Below are positions 12,701-25,678 of a stretch of DNA of 64,000 nt, one piece after another. Both the position numbers and the translations under genes were made by a program. The DNA lies in assembly GCA_040285825.1 (NCBI GenBank), contig JAUPSS010000001.1, forward strand, positions 806,001 to 870,000, given 5' to 3'. A model generated the notes under the pieces. That model was not told the origin of the DNA. It did not search any database and saw nothing but the letters and a program-made list of their open reading frames with translations. Each line of letters starts with the position of its first letter. Positions within the stretch are counted from its first letter, which is position 1. This DNA is from Eukaryota sp. TZLM1-RC. Taxonomy: Eukaryota > Protista > Metamonada: BaSk clade.

Positions 12701-13097
12701 AAACTACTTATTCATGTGGATATATCAGAGTTTCACGTGGTGTTGTGGCACTCGTTTAATGGTTTGTTTGGTAATGGTTCAAAGCATTAATAATTTTTAA
12801 GAAGATTTTATTTCAAGATAGGCTAGTAAGCTCACAAAACTCAGGAAAGGGTTTAAAAAAACGAGGTTAAAAATTGCAAAACGGATTGGTTGTGGTTTTG
12901 CAAAAAAAATTTACACCCATTATCTCCACATTATTTCAATGAATTTGAACCTAAATTCTGCTAGTAACCCACGATCTAGGTTTATTACCTGAACCTTATA
13001 ATACCGATAATAGTCTTTAACTATTATTGCTTTTGGTCCAAATCATGAAGCAAAGTTCCTTGACCTTTCCGTACCTATTGAATCATTACGAAATTGT

Positions 13098-13481
13098 ATG
13101 GTCAGTTCAAATGATACAACTCACTTTGAATGCTCAATTTGTATGGAAGTCTTGCACGATGCTGTTGAAATTTCTTGCTGTAATACACTTTTTTGCAACG
13201 AATGTGCAAAGGTAGATTCCTGTCCTTCGTGCCGTAGTTCTGCCTTTAAACTCAACCCATGTCTCCCAATTAGACGAATCATAGGAAATCTTTCAGTTAC
13301 TTGCTGTATGTGTGACTATGCCACCACTAGAAGTGAGTATGCTGCCCATTACAGACAGTGTCCGTCACGAGTTAAACGATGTAATTTGTGTGATGCTTTT
13401 GTCCCAATCACTGAGTCTGAACTAATTCAGCATGCAGTGGAACATCATTCTCAGGATGTAGTTAATAAATTTTTTTCGTAG
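13098..13481 (+). CDS. Small RING finger + TRAF/SIAH-type zinc finger protein (putative E3 ligase)
   Basis: CSICMEVLHDAVEISCCNTLFCNECAKVDSCPSCR, then C..C......HYRQCP...CNLC...H...H. Followed by AATAAA. Confidence 0.8.
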   Translation: MVSSNDTTHFECSICMEVLHDAVEISCCNTLFCNECAKVDSCPSCRSSAFKLNPCLPIRRIIGNLSVTCCMCDYATTRSEYAAHYRQCPSRVKRCNLCDAFVPITESELIQHAVEHHSQDVVNKFFS

Positions 13482-14700
13482 ATGTTTCCTTATAGTTCAA
13501 TGTAATTAAGTTTTGCACCCAATAAACTTTGGCGAATGCGATTTGTTGTGGAAGTATTTCAGAAGCTACACTAGAACTATAAAATGAAGAATTTAACTTT
13601 ACTACGATAATTTTTGAACAGTTGCCGGTTTTTAAAGCAGTTTAAAATTAAGTTTGTTAGTAAAATGATATTAAGCAACATTCCTGGTTGTCTGTCTGTG
13701 TACCCACATCCAATCTACTGAAAATGTGAAAAAAATATTTTGAGAATTCAAGGTAGTAGCGTCTTCTCACCATATTTTTGTAGTTCAAAAATACTGACAA
13801 TGGTGTTGAACTTGAGCAAAAGAACGTTCAATTCTATTCAACCCCAAAAACAACCACATTCGAAAGAGAATTTTGTGTTTACAAATGGACAAAAGATGAT
13901 CTAAAACTCTAGTTTTGTTTGTATGGCACGAACACTGATCAATAAGAATTTTATGTCCATTTTTATAACTTGGCTGCTTGCACAACATCTTTTTAGTCTT
14001 CGCAGTTCAATTGTCCAATTTTTTGGGAATTGCAACTTCAAAATTTCCTCAGTCAATTTCAGTCACAAAGAGTCCAAATTTGTATCCAGGAAGTTCAAAC
14101 TTTATTTTTCATGATTCATTCCGTTGTGTTTTGACAACCTTATATACACATAGACAGTAAATGCAAAATCGAGAAATTAAATCACTGCTGATTTCAATGT
14201 TTGTTGAATCCAAAAAAATAGGGAAAAAACACTGTGTGCCATTTTTCTCAATTTTCGAAGAGTTGTTAGGTAGTTTGTGCAATAACAATGTCCCTTAAAA
14301 TTGGTGAGAGTTTACTTGTTATTATTCTGATTTTTGAGCTGAATACCAATAAATATGCTGTATCATCAATAGAAGTTTCATGTGTTTTTGGTAGCCATTT
14401 TTTCTTCTATCATCTGGAAATTCACAACATTGTAGTATTTGACATTACTTCACATCACGTCTTGTATCGGATGCTACCATTCCAAATACAGTAGGAAAAA
14501 GCTTTGTTTAACGCTCAAAAGTCGCTCAATTAAAGAGCATCCATCCCATGAAAAGCTTGTTTTAAAACCATTTTGTTGAAATTGATTATTGGAGTTAACG
14601 TAGCGGATAACGAGACAGTAGCTCAAAAAAGATACTGCTTTATTTATTCAAAAGATATAGCACGAAAACACTATTTAAATTAACTACCTATCACCAATAA

Positions 14701-17700
14701 CTATTTAACTGGTGGTGTGGTTAATTCAATCAAAGTATCTGGATCTCTATATATCTGAATGATTTCCTTGTAAATTGATTCTTCAAGGAACAAATCTGAG
14801 ATACTCCTGGCCAGGAACAAATCCTCACAGATTTCAAGTAATTTATCCACATTTGGGAGAGCCGAAACAAAAATTTGGGATTTGCTGTCCGAAAATGAAA
14901 GTCGAACAAACCTACCAACACCAATCACAATTGATAGATACAATCCAATCAAACCCCCGCTGGCATAAGCACCAAGTGCAGCGGTCGATTCTAAACTATA
15001 AGTATACATATAGAATGGTTCTCTTGAATCAGCATCCTTGATCAACCAATAAGTCTGTCCGTCACGTTCTCTGCGCTGAATGAGAGTATCCTCACGTTGA
15101 TCAGAAAAGATTGGTGATTCGGCCAGAGGAATTAATGCAGCTCTTGGAAGTAAAGGTATTATTACTTCTTCTAAATCACCACAAAATAACTTGGCCAACT
15201 CTAAACAATGTTCATGATCTAAATTGAACGAGTACCATCCCTTTGCTGTCCTCCTATCGCTTGGATAGTGTCTGTTAAACGACAAAGTAACAGATACTAT
15301 TCCCCTTCCATCCTCCAAAGCTTCTACTAGCCCGTTCATGGCAGCAGGAGCAATGGTCCACACAGAATCAGATGAAGTGAAAAAGGTAATCTTTCGTACA
15401 TCTGCACGGTTAGAATCACGGAGCAAGGAGTGCTGGCTAACAATTGCATTGTATTGTGTAGCCGGGATAACATCGACTTTGTGCACTTCATGCTGAGAGA
15501 AAATGGGCAAGTAGTTATTGAAACTTACATCAATACTGGCCTGTTGGATAGGGTTTGGTTTGGAGACTGGGTTAGCAGAACTAAATAAAATTAAGGGCAA
15601 ACATAATAAAAGCGTAAGACCGAAAAACAAAAGAAATCCTTGCGAAAATTTGTCAAATTTTGGTTGTGGGTCGCCAAAATTTCGACCCCTTTTCGCTGTA
15701 GATAACCTTCTGCATTTGATTAAAAACAACGATGAATAAATATCTTCTATTCGCATCCAGTAATTAAATTCCAAAGCAGTAGTAGTCAAAGACCAATCCA
15801 ACAAACATTTCATTTCATAAAGAAAAGGAATGACTCTAAAGGCTTGGTATCCATAATTATTAAAAGAACCGTAAGACTTCATCAAAAAGGCTTTGGAGGA
15901 AGGCGGTGGAAAACCAAAACGAAGTTGTAGAGAGCTCAACACGGCAGCCACAAACCGCAGAAAGGCCGCGACTAGGAGAAAAGGTGCATTAATTGGTAAT
16001 TCGTGATTACTGCGGGGAAAATTAAACAAAAAAACAATTAACACAGTGAAATTAGAAATGAAATGAATCAGAGCTTTGAGTCTTGCGAATCTCAAATAGA
16101 AAAGAGTTCTATCAATAATGATTAACAGAAACTGAACAATCAACCAAATTGCAAGGAAACCAGGTAAATAACTGAGCTGGACTGATTGGATTACCGACTG
16201 GGAAGCTGTTGAGCTACTAAAAAAAGGCAAATGGAAGCGCAATTAACTGAAGTATATCAATAAAAAAACATAAATGGGTAGAGGTCTACTCCAATAGCGT
16301 CGAAACGCTTCTCCATTAGAGTCTTGAAGAAGACCACGACCCTACCCCAAACTTGACGAACCCCAACTCTCTCCTCTACATCAATTCCCCACCTGCCCAT
16401 TCTAAACGAGATAGAACGATGAAGAACGATACCCAATGCAGCAATCAGCAAGGGAGGGTAGGAGAAGAGGAAGCTACCAATAGGAGCAATACCAACAAGG
16501 TAAATGAGTTGCGAACTTAGGGCTGAGGGGTGACTTGATGGATCGATAAGCTCCCTTGGAACAGGACACTTGGTGGGATCTAGACATGACTTGCCAAAGG
16601 AAATGGTAATTGAATCTGATGGCGAAACGCAAAAACAAAAGAAAGGAAAGGTGAAAATGTAATGGATTAATAATAAAGATAGATAAATTCCCAAAATAAA
16701 CTGCCAAAACCTAGCTTTGCCTCCATATTTGGACATTAAACCAAAAGTGATTGTAGTGAAAGCAATCATCACGGTGGGAATTGAAGGAAACCACAAAGCA
16801 GCGAGATAGCACAGCAAGCAAGACAATACAGAAGAGTATCTATAGATATTGTGCTTTAACCAACGTAATGGTGACGTTTGATGACGTGGTGGTAGGTCAG
16901 AAATGTTGATATTGAAGAAGTTCAAAATGATTGACTGAAGTTTGGTTGCCATTCGAAGTAAAAATGATGGTTGAGGCTCAGACGTGTCATCTTGATCTGG
17001 TGTGACCTCTTCATCAAGTTTCTGATCAGTAGATACGTCAACGTCACTTGACTTCTCTTGACCTGACAGGTCATCATGATCCTTTTTGATCTCTTCTGCA
17101 CTACTTGACAAGTCACTTAAAACGTCCTGATGTGCTTTGATCTCTTCTTCAAATATTTGACGAGCTGATATATCTCTTTTACCAAGTCTTTTTGACTTTA
17201 ACATTTCCAATCTGCTTTCAGTAGCTTCTTTCTCTGTTAACTGTTGCTTTAAAATCCTTTCCCGCCTAAGCTTACTTAACTTTTCATCATCCAAGACTCG
17301 TTGGATGGCCAAATCTCTGCTGGTTTTAACTGAAGAAAGATATCTTTTAAAGGAAGCAGAGTAAACCAATACATCCAAAGAAGAAGAGATGCCGTGGACA
17401 ATGAAATCCAATAGTGAAGCTGATAATTTGAGCGCCGAGTAGTAAGAATGGTATTGATCTAGACCTAGAATAGAAGAGATCGAGAAGAGATCAGAAGATT
17501 CACTGAAAAAGCTCAACTGAAATATTGATTGTGAAATCAAAACAGAGCAGTTTAAAAACATACAAACAAAACGTGAAAGTTTTTGCCCTTTTCAGCTCAG
17601 TAAAAACAGAGTCCGAATACACCAACCAAAAGTGCTACAATTACGTAAAAGCAAAGCAGGAACAGATGCACGTTGAACACCGATAAAGAACAATAAAATA

Positions 17701-18817
17701 ATTAGACAAGGTCTTAAAAGCGGTAACAAAAACTTTTCAATTTTAAAAGCGATGGGAGAAACTTCATCTTCAGTTTCGGGGCAGTATAAGCTCAAGTCAA
17801 GGGGATTGGCCATGGACCTATAGAGGCAAAATATGGCTAAAATGGGGAAACTGAAGTGAAAAAGGAAAGAGTTGGATGTGCAAGACACTCCGAAAAATTC
17901 GTAAAATTCTGGCCATGAAGAATGGAGATCAGGATAGAGATCACATAAAGAAGACAACAAAATTTTGGAAACAACCCCAAACACTAACCCCAACAGAACC
18001 AACCAAACAAGTTTTTTCCGATGTCTCCAATGATGAGAACTAAGAAAGCCTAAACAGGAAGCTCCTAGAATAATAGAAAAAGGATCTCTTATAGATAGAA
18101 TAGATACCCAAGCAAACACTACTGCCACTGTATGCATGAAAGCTGGGCCAAGTAGTTGGAATTGCGATGTAAATAAAGCAATCACAGGCGACGTGATTGA
18201 TGGGGAAGGTGATTTGATGAAGGAGGTAGAAATGATTAATTGAATAACCAAAGGTAATAAAAATTAAAGCATGCTCTAGACAAAAAAACAGAGTCACAAT
18301 GGTTGAGTGAGGGTAATGCAAATATTTTAAATATGGGACTTTTAATAAAATCTTGAGGCAATGCTATTGATAAATAAGTAATTGTTAATCGAGTTATTGT
18401 TAAAATTGAGCTTATTAGATAAAGCAGCTTCCTACTAGTTCCGTTTGTGTGTTTGATTAGAGTTAAATCAAAAATACAAATTATTAACGGTATTAGATTT
18501 AAAATATATGGTTGGAATGTTGAAATTACTAGAATGAAAACGACTAAATTTTTGATAATTGAAGGTCTTGAAAGGGAAATGAAGCGCTGATTAAAGTCAA
18601 TTCCCTTAAGAAAAACAAAAGATAATATTGGAAAAATAAGAAAAACAAATCGATCAAATAAAAGGTCAAAATGATAACGTGAGATCACGTCAACATAATG
18701 AGCTGGGAGAAGTGTGGATAAATAATCCATTACTGGGGTGTATTGGATTATAAATAAACTAGCAATGACCAAAACCAAACTGGAAAATCCGATAAAGTCA
18801 ATTAAAGAATTTCCAGA
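14701..18817 (-). pseudogene. PIEZO: Piezo mechanosensitive channel, 5'-truncated and frameshifted copy
   Basis: PFLYEMKCLLDW (PFxxE-x6-W signature), GLYLSIVIGVGRFVR, LPNVDKLLEICEDLFLAR...IYRDPDTLIELT, and many TM segments. Split into four ORFs and cut at 18817. Confidence 0.9.
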
Positions 18818-19335
18818 GCCTCACTTCCACAAAGCACAAGATCACTTTGTTTGGGGATAGAAGAGTTGTTCTGGTCAGCACAGAGGATGAATGTGTTCTA
18901 AAAAGAGGTACGATTTTTAATTGTAGAATTAAAGGGAAAAATAGAGAAATTACATTAGTTTTGGTTGAGGAATTCAATCCTGCTCTTGCGTATCCTGTTT
19001 GTTTTGCCGAAGAAAAGGCCCATGTTGATTTGGCTCTGCATTACTATGGAAATTTAGTCGACTATTTGCAGACTATTTGACCACGTTGAGCTGGAAGTAT
19101 GTGAACATGGGGTAAGTTGTGAAGGTCTTAAGGATCCTCTTCATCGCTTCACTTTTTCCCATGAACCTATACCAGTGATTCCTTATAAGTGCAAGTTTGG
19201 CGACAAGTGTGATAGGAAAAACGACCCTTCTTGTTATAGAAAATATGGGCATTGGAATGTCAACCAAGATCCTGAATTTGTCAAGAAATCTTTTTTGAAG
19301 AAAATTGTCAAAAGTTGTCTCATTCTTGACTTATA
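18818..19335 (+). pseudogene. Internally deleted fragment of the PARG/PBZ gene (catalytic domain removed)
   Basis: Matches the reverse complement of about 44700-44940 joined to about 43127-43395. Confidence 0.85.
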
Positions 19336-19528
19336 AATAAAGTTTCATTAACGAATTTTTCTCTACTAATGCTTGTGTCTATTCATCAAGTCTATTGAAT
19401 TTATGGTGTCAAAATGTTGATTGATTGAATCATCTTGATTGATTGAATCACTTGTAGTTACTTTAACAGCACATCATTTTTTACACATACCCAAACAATA
19501 CTCTTCAGAAAATCAAACCACAAAAACA

Positions 19529-20326
19529 CTATATCTCACAACACCACCCTTTGAATGGCAGACTCGTTCTCTGTCCGAAATGTTTCTTTGCATCCTCAAG
19601 CAACTCGTTTACATTTCCGAAGTGAGGTAAATGTGTAAGTAAAAGATGATTTACTGACGCTTTTTGAGCAATTCTCGCTGCTTCTGTACTTGTTAAGTGT
19701 CCATAAGGCACTGCATCTTGCCAAGGATAGAAGCTCGCCTCGCAAATGAACAAATCTACATCACTCACAAACTCTGCCAATGTCTCATGATAGGCAGTGT
19801 CTCCTGAATAAGCTACTGATTTGGATCCACAAGTAGCCTTAATGGCAAATGATTTAATTGAGTGGATATTTTCATGAAATTCCAACTCAAACGAACCTAT
19901 TGTTTTTCGGCTGTGCGGGTCATATGGAACAGTGTCAACAAATGGAGGTTTCTTTAACTTTGACAGTGTATCCTGATCATACGATGGGCCATATACTTTG
20001 AGCTGCAAATCCTTATTCACTGAATACTGAATCCACCATGGAAAACAAGATAATTCAACTAAATAATTATTCCTGATTAACTGAACAGATTTAATTAAAC
20101 CTTGATTAATTAGAGTTGTTGGAGATAGGGGAGAATCGAACAAAATTTCCTCAAATTTAGTCAATTGAATGAATTTGAAAGAAGGAAAGTTTTGTTCAGT
20201 GATAATGGTCGGAATTAAATCATCAATAATCAATTCCTTCAAGTTTGGAGATTTGATTTGATTATTGACAGGAGGTTCTTCCGAAGAAAAAAGCAACTTA
20301 CAATCTCCGAATAGATTGAGGTACAT
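19529..20326 (-). pseudogene. Chimeric ORF: LRR-like gene fragment fused in frame to the C-terminal part of the MBL hydrolase
   Basis: From LKVYGPSYDQ onward it matches 25679..26413 but lacks the HxHxDH motif. Junction near 20002. Confidence 0.8.
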
Positions 20327-20860
20327 GAATTTCGCCTGTTGAAATTCCTTCTGAAATACAATAGCAACTCACCACTAATTCTTTTAATAATGGGAGATAG
20401 CTTAAATCATTTACCTCAATGGCATAGTGTTTAAGCACTAACTTCATTAGTGAAGTGGGTAATTCTTCTACATCGGATTCAAAATCAAGCTCTAAACATT
20501 TAAGACTTGATGAATGTGCCAAATTTATAGCAAACCTTTCACCATATAATGACTCTCCACCAATCTTAACAACCTCAACTACAGGGAAAAATGACAACAA
20601 TGGTTGATCATAATCAGCTTCCTCATGATCAAAGTCGTCATAGAAAACATCAATTTTTTTAATTATAGTATTCATTACGTTGGGACCATGATCATCTTTG
20701 GATAATCACAGTCGTAAGTCAGAAATACTTGCACCTATATTTAATTCCTGAGGATCTTCTAAAAACAACTTGTTGAGAATTGAATGATCATTGACCAGTT
20801 CTTGAGCAAATTGAGCTACTACTTTTTTATTCCACATTTGGTGTAAAATTTTGCTTTAAC
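20003..20860 (-). pseudogene. Degenerate leucine-rich-repeat (FNIP-like) gene fragment
   Basis: LxxLxL patterns: SLKCLEL, LPTSLMKLVL, LPLLKELVV, PQSIRRL, PNLKELII. Interrupted by stops. Confidence 0.5.
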
Positions 20861-21725
20861 CTGTTGATAATTCTCAAAAAGCTTTTCCAAATAATTTAAA
20901 TATTCCCAGTAAACAAGCTTGATCAGACCACTGAACATGTTGTACAAGGGGTTTTTTTACTTCAGGAGAGGTGGTGGTCGTTGAAGAACAAGCACGGGGA
21001 GCGACCTGACGCCGGCACTTCTGGGGAGGAGTGAAGTGGAGTGACCCTAAGAGGATATTGACATGTGGAAAGTGTAGGGAGACCAAAAAAATGACTCGAT
21101 TTGGCTCAAATTGGTAATTAAATACCTGGTGTTAAGCAATCTCTACCTGTATGGATAAACAAGCATTTAAAGCAAATTCAGATAAAATTATTAAGATTAT
21201 TTTTTTCTGTGGGCACAATTTTATCTGATTTGTCCCTTGATGTTATACAGAGGTTGAAGCGCATGAATGTGATTGGAGAAGTGGTGAAGAGTGATTTGGT
21301 TTTGGTGCCCTTAGGCTTTTATAATATGAATGGAAAATAAATTATCTTTATCTCAATCACTTTTGCAACCTAAGGCAACATTAGTGAGGATAAAAAACAG
21401 TAGTTCGTTGAAAATCTTATGTTTAAATATCGAGCAAATATCGTAATGATTTGGCTTGATTTGTGAATGACATGCGTTCAAAAATCAGTATGTGAACTTG
21501 TGTGAGGTGGCATTTTTTGATTGAGCTGATTGGAAATGCATAAATTCACATTCTGTTATTCCGAAATCTTTTGAGGTTGCAGGTGTTTTTTATGGGTGGT
21601 ATTAGTGGAGATAAATTTGAAAAATATACAAATGTTTGATGACCAAACATCTGTGATCGTCTTTAAAACACGTAAGGTAATTAAACCATATACTTTGACT
21701 CAGTTTTGCGTTGTCTATGAAAAGG

Positions 21726-22230
21726 TGATGCCGTTATGCAGATAAACACACGAAGGAGAGAGAACACTAAGTTGATTAATAACTGATTCATAATCGAGTA
21801 TAACGTGATCAGTCGAAATACAAAGAACCCTACTAAATCAATTATAATTCAACAACAACCGACGGTGTAGCCTGGAATGCAGGTTAGCTGTTCTTCAGTA
21901 GCGAATGTGATGGTTCCTTCTAGTTTATTGAGACTAATAATGTCAATAATATATGTTATGTCATACTGTTCATCTCGACTTTTCGACTTACACCAACAAA
22001 TGTACATTTGAACTGTGTGTAATGATGTCAAAAAATTACCGTAAAAATTGGACAACTTCTTTTTCTGCCGTGTTCATGTATTGCTCAATGTCTTCAAAAA
22101 AACGGAAAAAAGTGTTGTTGTTTAACTTAAATTGATTTAGTAGATTTCTTCGTGATATTGGTTTATGAATTAATTTTATAAACTCAGAATTCTCTCTTTG
22201 TTTCGTGTGTTCATCTGCCTAACGGCATCA
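21726..22230. mobile_element. Inverted-repeat element, copy 2
   Basis: Near-identical to 8126..8631. Confidence 0.6.
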
Positions 22231-22289
22231 AATAGTTTTCTTCTTGCTGGCGAAAAAAACAAAATTTTTTAATTCGTGAAACATACTTC

Positions 22290-24220
22290 TTTTGTCAATG
22301 AATATTCACATGCCCAATACATTTTATGTTCATTTGTTTTTTCCTTGCTTGGGTCTTTGGATAAGGCTGCAATGATCTCCGTCAAGAATTTTGATGTAGT
22401 TGAAAAGGAAAGAACTGGAAGAGTTTTCAAGTGTGTTTACTGGCAAAACCGGATTGTATTATTTATTTTTAAGGGAATGGTGAATTAATTTCTGATTCAT
22501 TCTGCACTTTTTATGGGAAATATTCTGAATGTTTAGTAATTAATTGTGTTGTGGTAGAGGAGGAACACTTTGAGGATATGGAGCTTTAGTTGTGTATTTG
22601 ATTATTTTATTCTGTATTGGATTAAAAGTTATGCATAAAAGATGGAAATTTTGTGGATTCCTCTCAAGTTGTTGTTGATTTCACTACAGTTGATCCCTTT
22701 GCCTTTGTTTATCGCGATCATGTTTTACTTAGTACTAATGGCCATTTAACAAGGCTGAAGATCGTAAGAGAGATAAATATACTGAGATATTAAATGATTT
22801 AAATAAGAACCTTTATTCGAAGTTTTCGTTTGTTCCTTTTGCCTTCGATTTTTGGCAACATTGGACAATCCGCCTTGAATTTCATCAATGATTTTGGTAA
22901 TTTATGTCGTTCAAGTGGGAAAAATTTTGCAGAGAATATATGGAAAAATCGTATCATTTTGGCTTTGTACAGAAGCGTTCCCAAATAGTTTTGTTTCTTA
23001 TGTGCTTTAGATTGTTTTGATTTGATTTGATTCTGCGTAGAAAATCAATATTGTTGTTAAAATCACAGTAACAATTTCTCACAAAAGACAAAAAGAAAAG
23101 AAAAAAAGCAAAAATCGTGGGTTTTTCATTACAAATACAAACAGAATTGCCCAGGAAAAACACTTGGATACAGCCCCAATCTCAACGGCATGTTTTGTTT
23201 CCATGCTTCATTTGTTAAGTGAAGACCAAATAGCCTTGGTTGCTGAGATATAAAACTAGTGCACTTCTGGCTTGTTTTTCTTTTCTTTTCTTTTTGTCTT
23301 TTGTTTTTTTGGTCTGATTGCATGGTGCTTGATCAATGAGGGTGATTCTGAAGATTGGGCATTTTAGGTTTTTGTGGATCTTGATTTAGCATGTTATTCG
23401 CAAAAATTTCCTTTTGTGAGAAATTGTTACTGTAATTTTAACAAAAATATTCGTTTTCTACGCAAAATCAAATCAAATCAAATCAAAAGAAACTAAAACA
23501 CACAAGAAACAAAATTATTTGGAAACACTTCTGTACAAAGCGAAAATGATACGATTCTTTCATAAATTCCCTGCAAAATTGTTACCACTTGAACGACATA
23601 AATTATCAAAATCATTGATGAAATTCAAGGCGAACTGTCCAAAGTTGACAAAAATCGAAAAGGCAAACGGAACAAACGAAAACTTCGAATAAAGGTTCTT
23701 ATTTAAATCATTTAATATCTCAGTATATTTATCTCTCTTACGATCTTCAGCCTTGTTTAAATTGCCAATAGTACTAAGTAAAACATGATCGCGATAAACA
23801 AAGGCAAAGGGATCAACTGTAGTGAAATCAACAACAACTTGAGAGGAATCCACAAAATTTCCATCTTTTATGCATAGCTTTCAATCCAATAAAGAATAAA
23901 ATAATCAAATACACAACTAAAGCTCCATATCCTCAAAGTGTGCCTCCTCTACCACAACACAATTAATTACTAAACATTCGGAATATTTCCCAAAAGAAGT
24001 GCAGAATGAATCAGAAATTAATACACCATTCCCTTAAAAATAAATAATACAATCCGGTTTTGCCAGTAAACACACTTGAAAATTCTTCCAGTTCTTTCCT
24101 TTTCAACTACATCAAAATTCTTGACGGAGACCATTGCAGCCTTATCCAAAGACCCAAGCAAGGAAAAAACAAATGAACATAAAATGTATTAGGCATGTGA
24201 ATATTCATTGACGAAAGAAG
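22290..24220. mobile_element. Family-D/C retroelement fragments arranged as an inverted pair at the palindrome centre
   Basis: D+C on + (22290-23087), a family-C RT C-terminal piece on - (about 23118-23272), and C+D on - (23420-24220). Confidence 0.75.
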
Positions 24221-24275
24221 TATGTTTCACGAATTAAAAAATTTTGTATTTTTCGCCAGCAAGAAGAAAACTATT

Positions 24276-24782
24276 TGATGCCGTTAGGCAGATGAACACA
24301 CGAAACAAAGAGAGAATTCTGAGTTTATAAAATTAATTCATAAACCAATATCACGAAGAAATCTACTAAATCAATTTAAGTTAAACAACAACACTTTTTT
24401 CCGTTTTTTTTGAAGACATTGAGCAATACATGAACACGGCAGAAAAAGAAGTTGTCCAATTTTTACGGTGATTTTTTTGACATCATTACACACAGTTCAA
24501 ATGTACATTTGTTGGTATAAGTCGAGAAGTCGAGATGAACAGAATGACATAACATATATTATTGACATTATTAGTCTCAATAAACTAGAAGGAACCATCA
24601 CATTCGCTACTCAAGAACAGCTAACCTGCATTCCAGGCTACACCGTCGGTTGTTGTTGAATTATAATTGATTTAGTAGGGTTCTTTGTGTTTCGACTGAT
24701 CACGTTATACTCGATTATGAATCAGTTATTAATCAACTCAGTGTTCTCTCTCCTTCGTGTGTTCATCTGCATAACGGCATCA
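24276..24782. mobile_element. Inverted-repeat element, copy 3 (opposite orientation)
   Basis: TGATGCCGTTAGGCAGATGAACACACGAA ... TTCGTGTGTTCATCTGCATAACGGCATCA. Confidence 0.6.
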
Positions 24783-25020
24783 CCTTTTCATAGACAACGC
24801 AAAACTGAGTCAAAGTATATGGTTTAATTACCTTACGTGTTTTAAAGACGTTCACAGATGTTTGGTCATCAAACATCTGTATATTTTTCAAATTTATCTC
24901 AACTAATACCACCCATAAAAAACACCTGCAACCTCAAAGGTTTCGGAATAACAGAATGTGAATTTATGCATTTCCAATCAGCTCAATCAAAAAATGCCAC
25001 CTCAAATATGAAACATATTA

Positions 25021-25200
25021 TATGAAACAAAAATCTTGGTTGTCGATAAAAACAGTGAAAAATCAACAGAACAAGAACTCACAGATGACTTGCTCTCAAT
25101 CATTTATATCTTCAATTGCAGACAAATGGGTAGACGAAGGTATAAAAGCACAAAAGGTGAGAATTTATCCATCGAGGTTACAGAAGAAAATTCTTCGTAA
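25021..25200 (+). mobile_element. IS607-type/Fanzor2 transposon remnant: overlapping C-terminus of TnpA serine recombinase and N-terminus of TnpB/Fanzor2
   Basis: The frame from 25021 reads YETKILVVDKNSEKSTEQELTDDLLSIIYIFNCRQMGRRRYK...stop (IS607 TnpA helix-E region). The frame from 25022 reads KSWLSIK...IKAQKVRIYPSRLQKKILRK (HTH_OrfB_IS605-like start). Confidence 0.75.
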
Positions 25201-25678
25201 AATTACCCATAAAGGAGAATTCCATTTTGCATCCCGCTCATCATATCACAAACAAGACATTACCCCATTGGTTGCCCTAACTTTTGAGAGACAAACAAAG
25301 GCATTGGGTAGAGCATATTTGGAAGATGAAGCTTATTCATAAATGTTTATTTCATTAATAAATTGAATTTCTATAATTGAACATCATACAATGCTTCACT
25401 GAACTTGAATTATGTCTTTACGCCCAAGATCACCATTATGAATACAACTGTCTAATATCAATTTTTCCTGTCAAAGTAGTTACACCAACATCCACACAGC
25501 AGAGATAACTCTATGATGGCGATTTGATCAATTCCTAGAGTATGTGTACCTCAAAATATCAAAACCCATTAGAATGGTTTATGCCATTATCCTATATATA
25601 TTAATGCGAGTGTGAGTGGGTGTTATATTCAATTAGTCTTTTCATAAAATAAATAACAGTGGTTTGATTGAATTCCTC

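Noticed and set aside
12171-14494. Many 60-75 aa ORFs conserved across three copies
   Set aside because: Apart from the RING gene, the conservation reflects recent segmental duplication. Several are retroelement debris and none has an intact recognisable domain.
25022-25342. Functional Fanzor/TnpB nuclease
   Set aside because: Similarity stops after about 60 aa. There is no RuvC domain, zinc finger or recognisable omega RNA.
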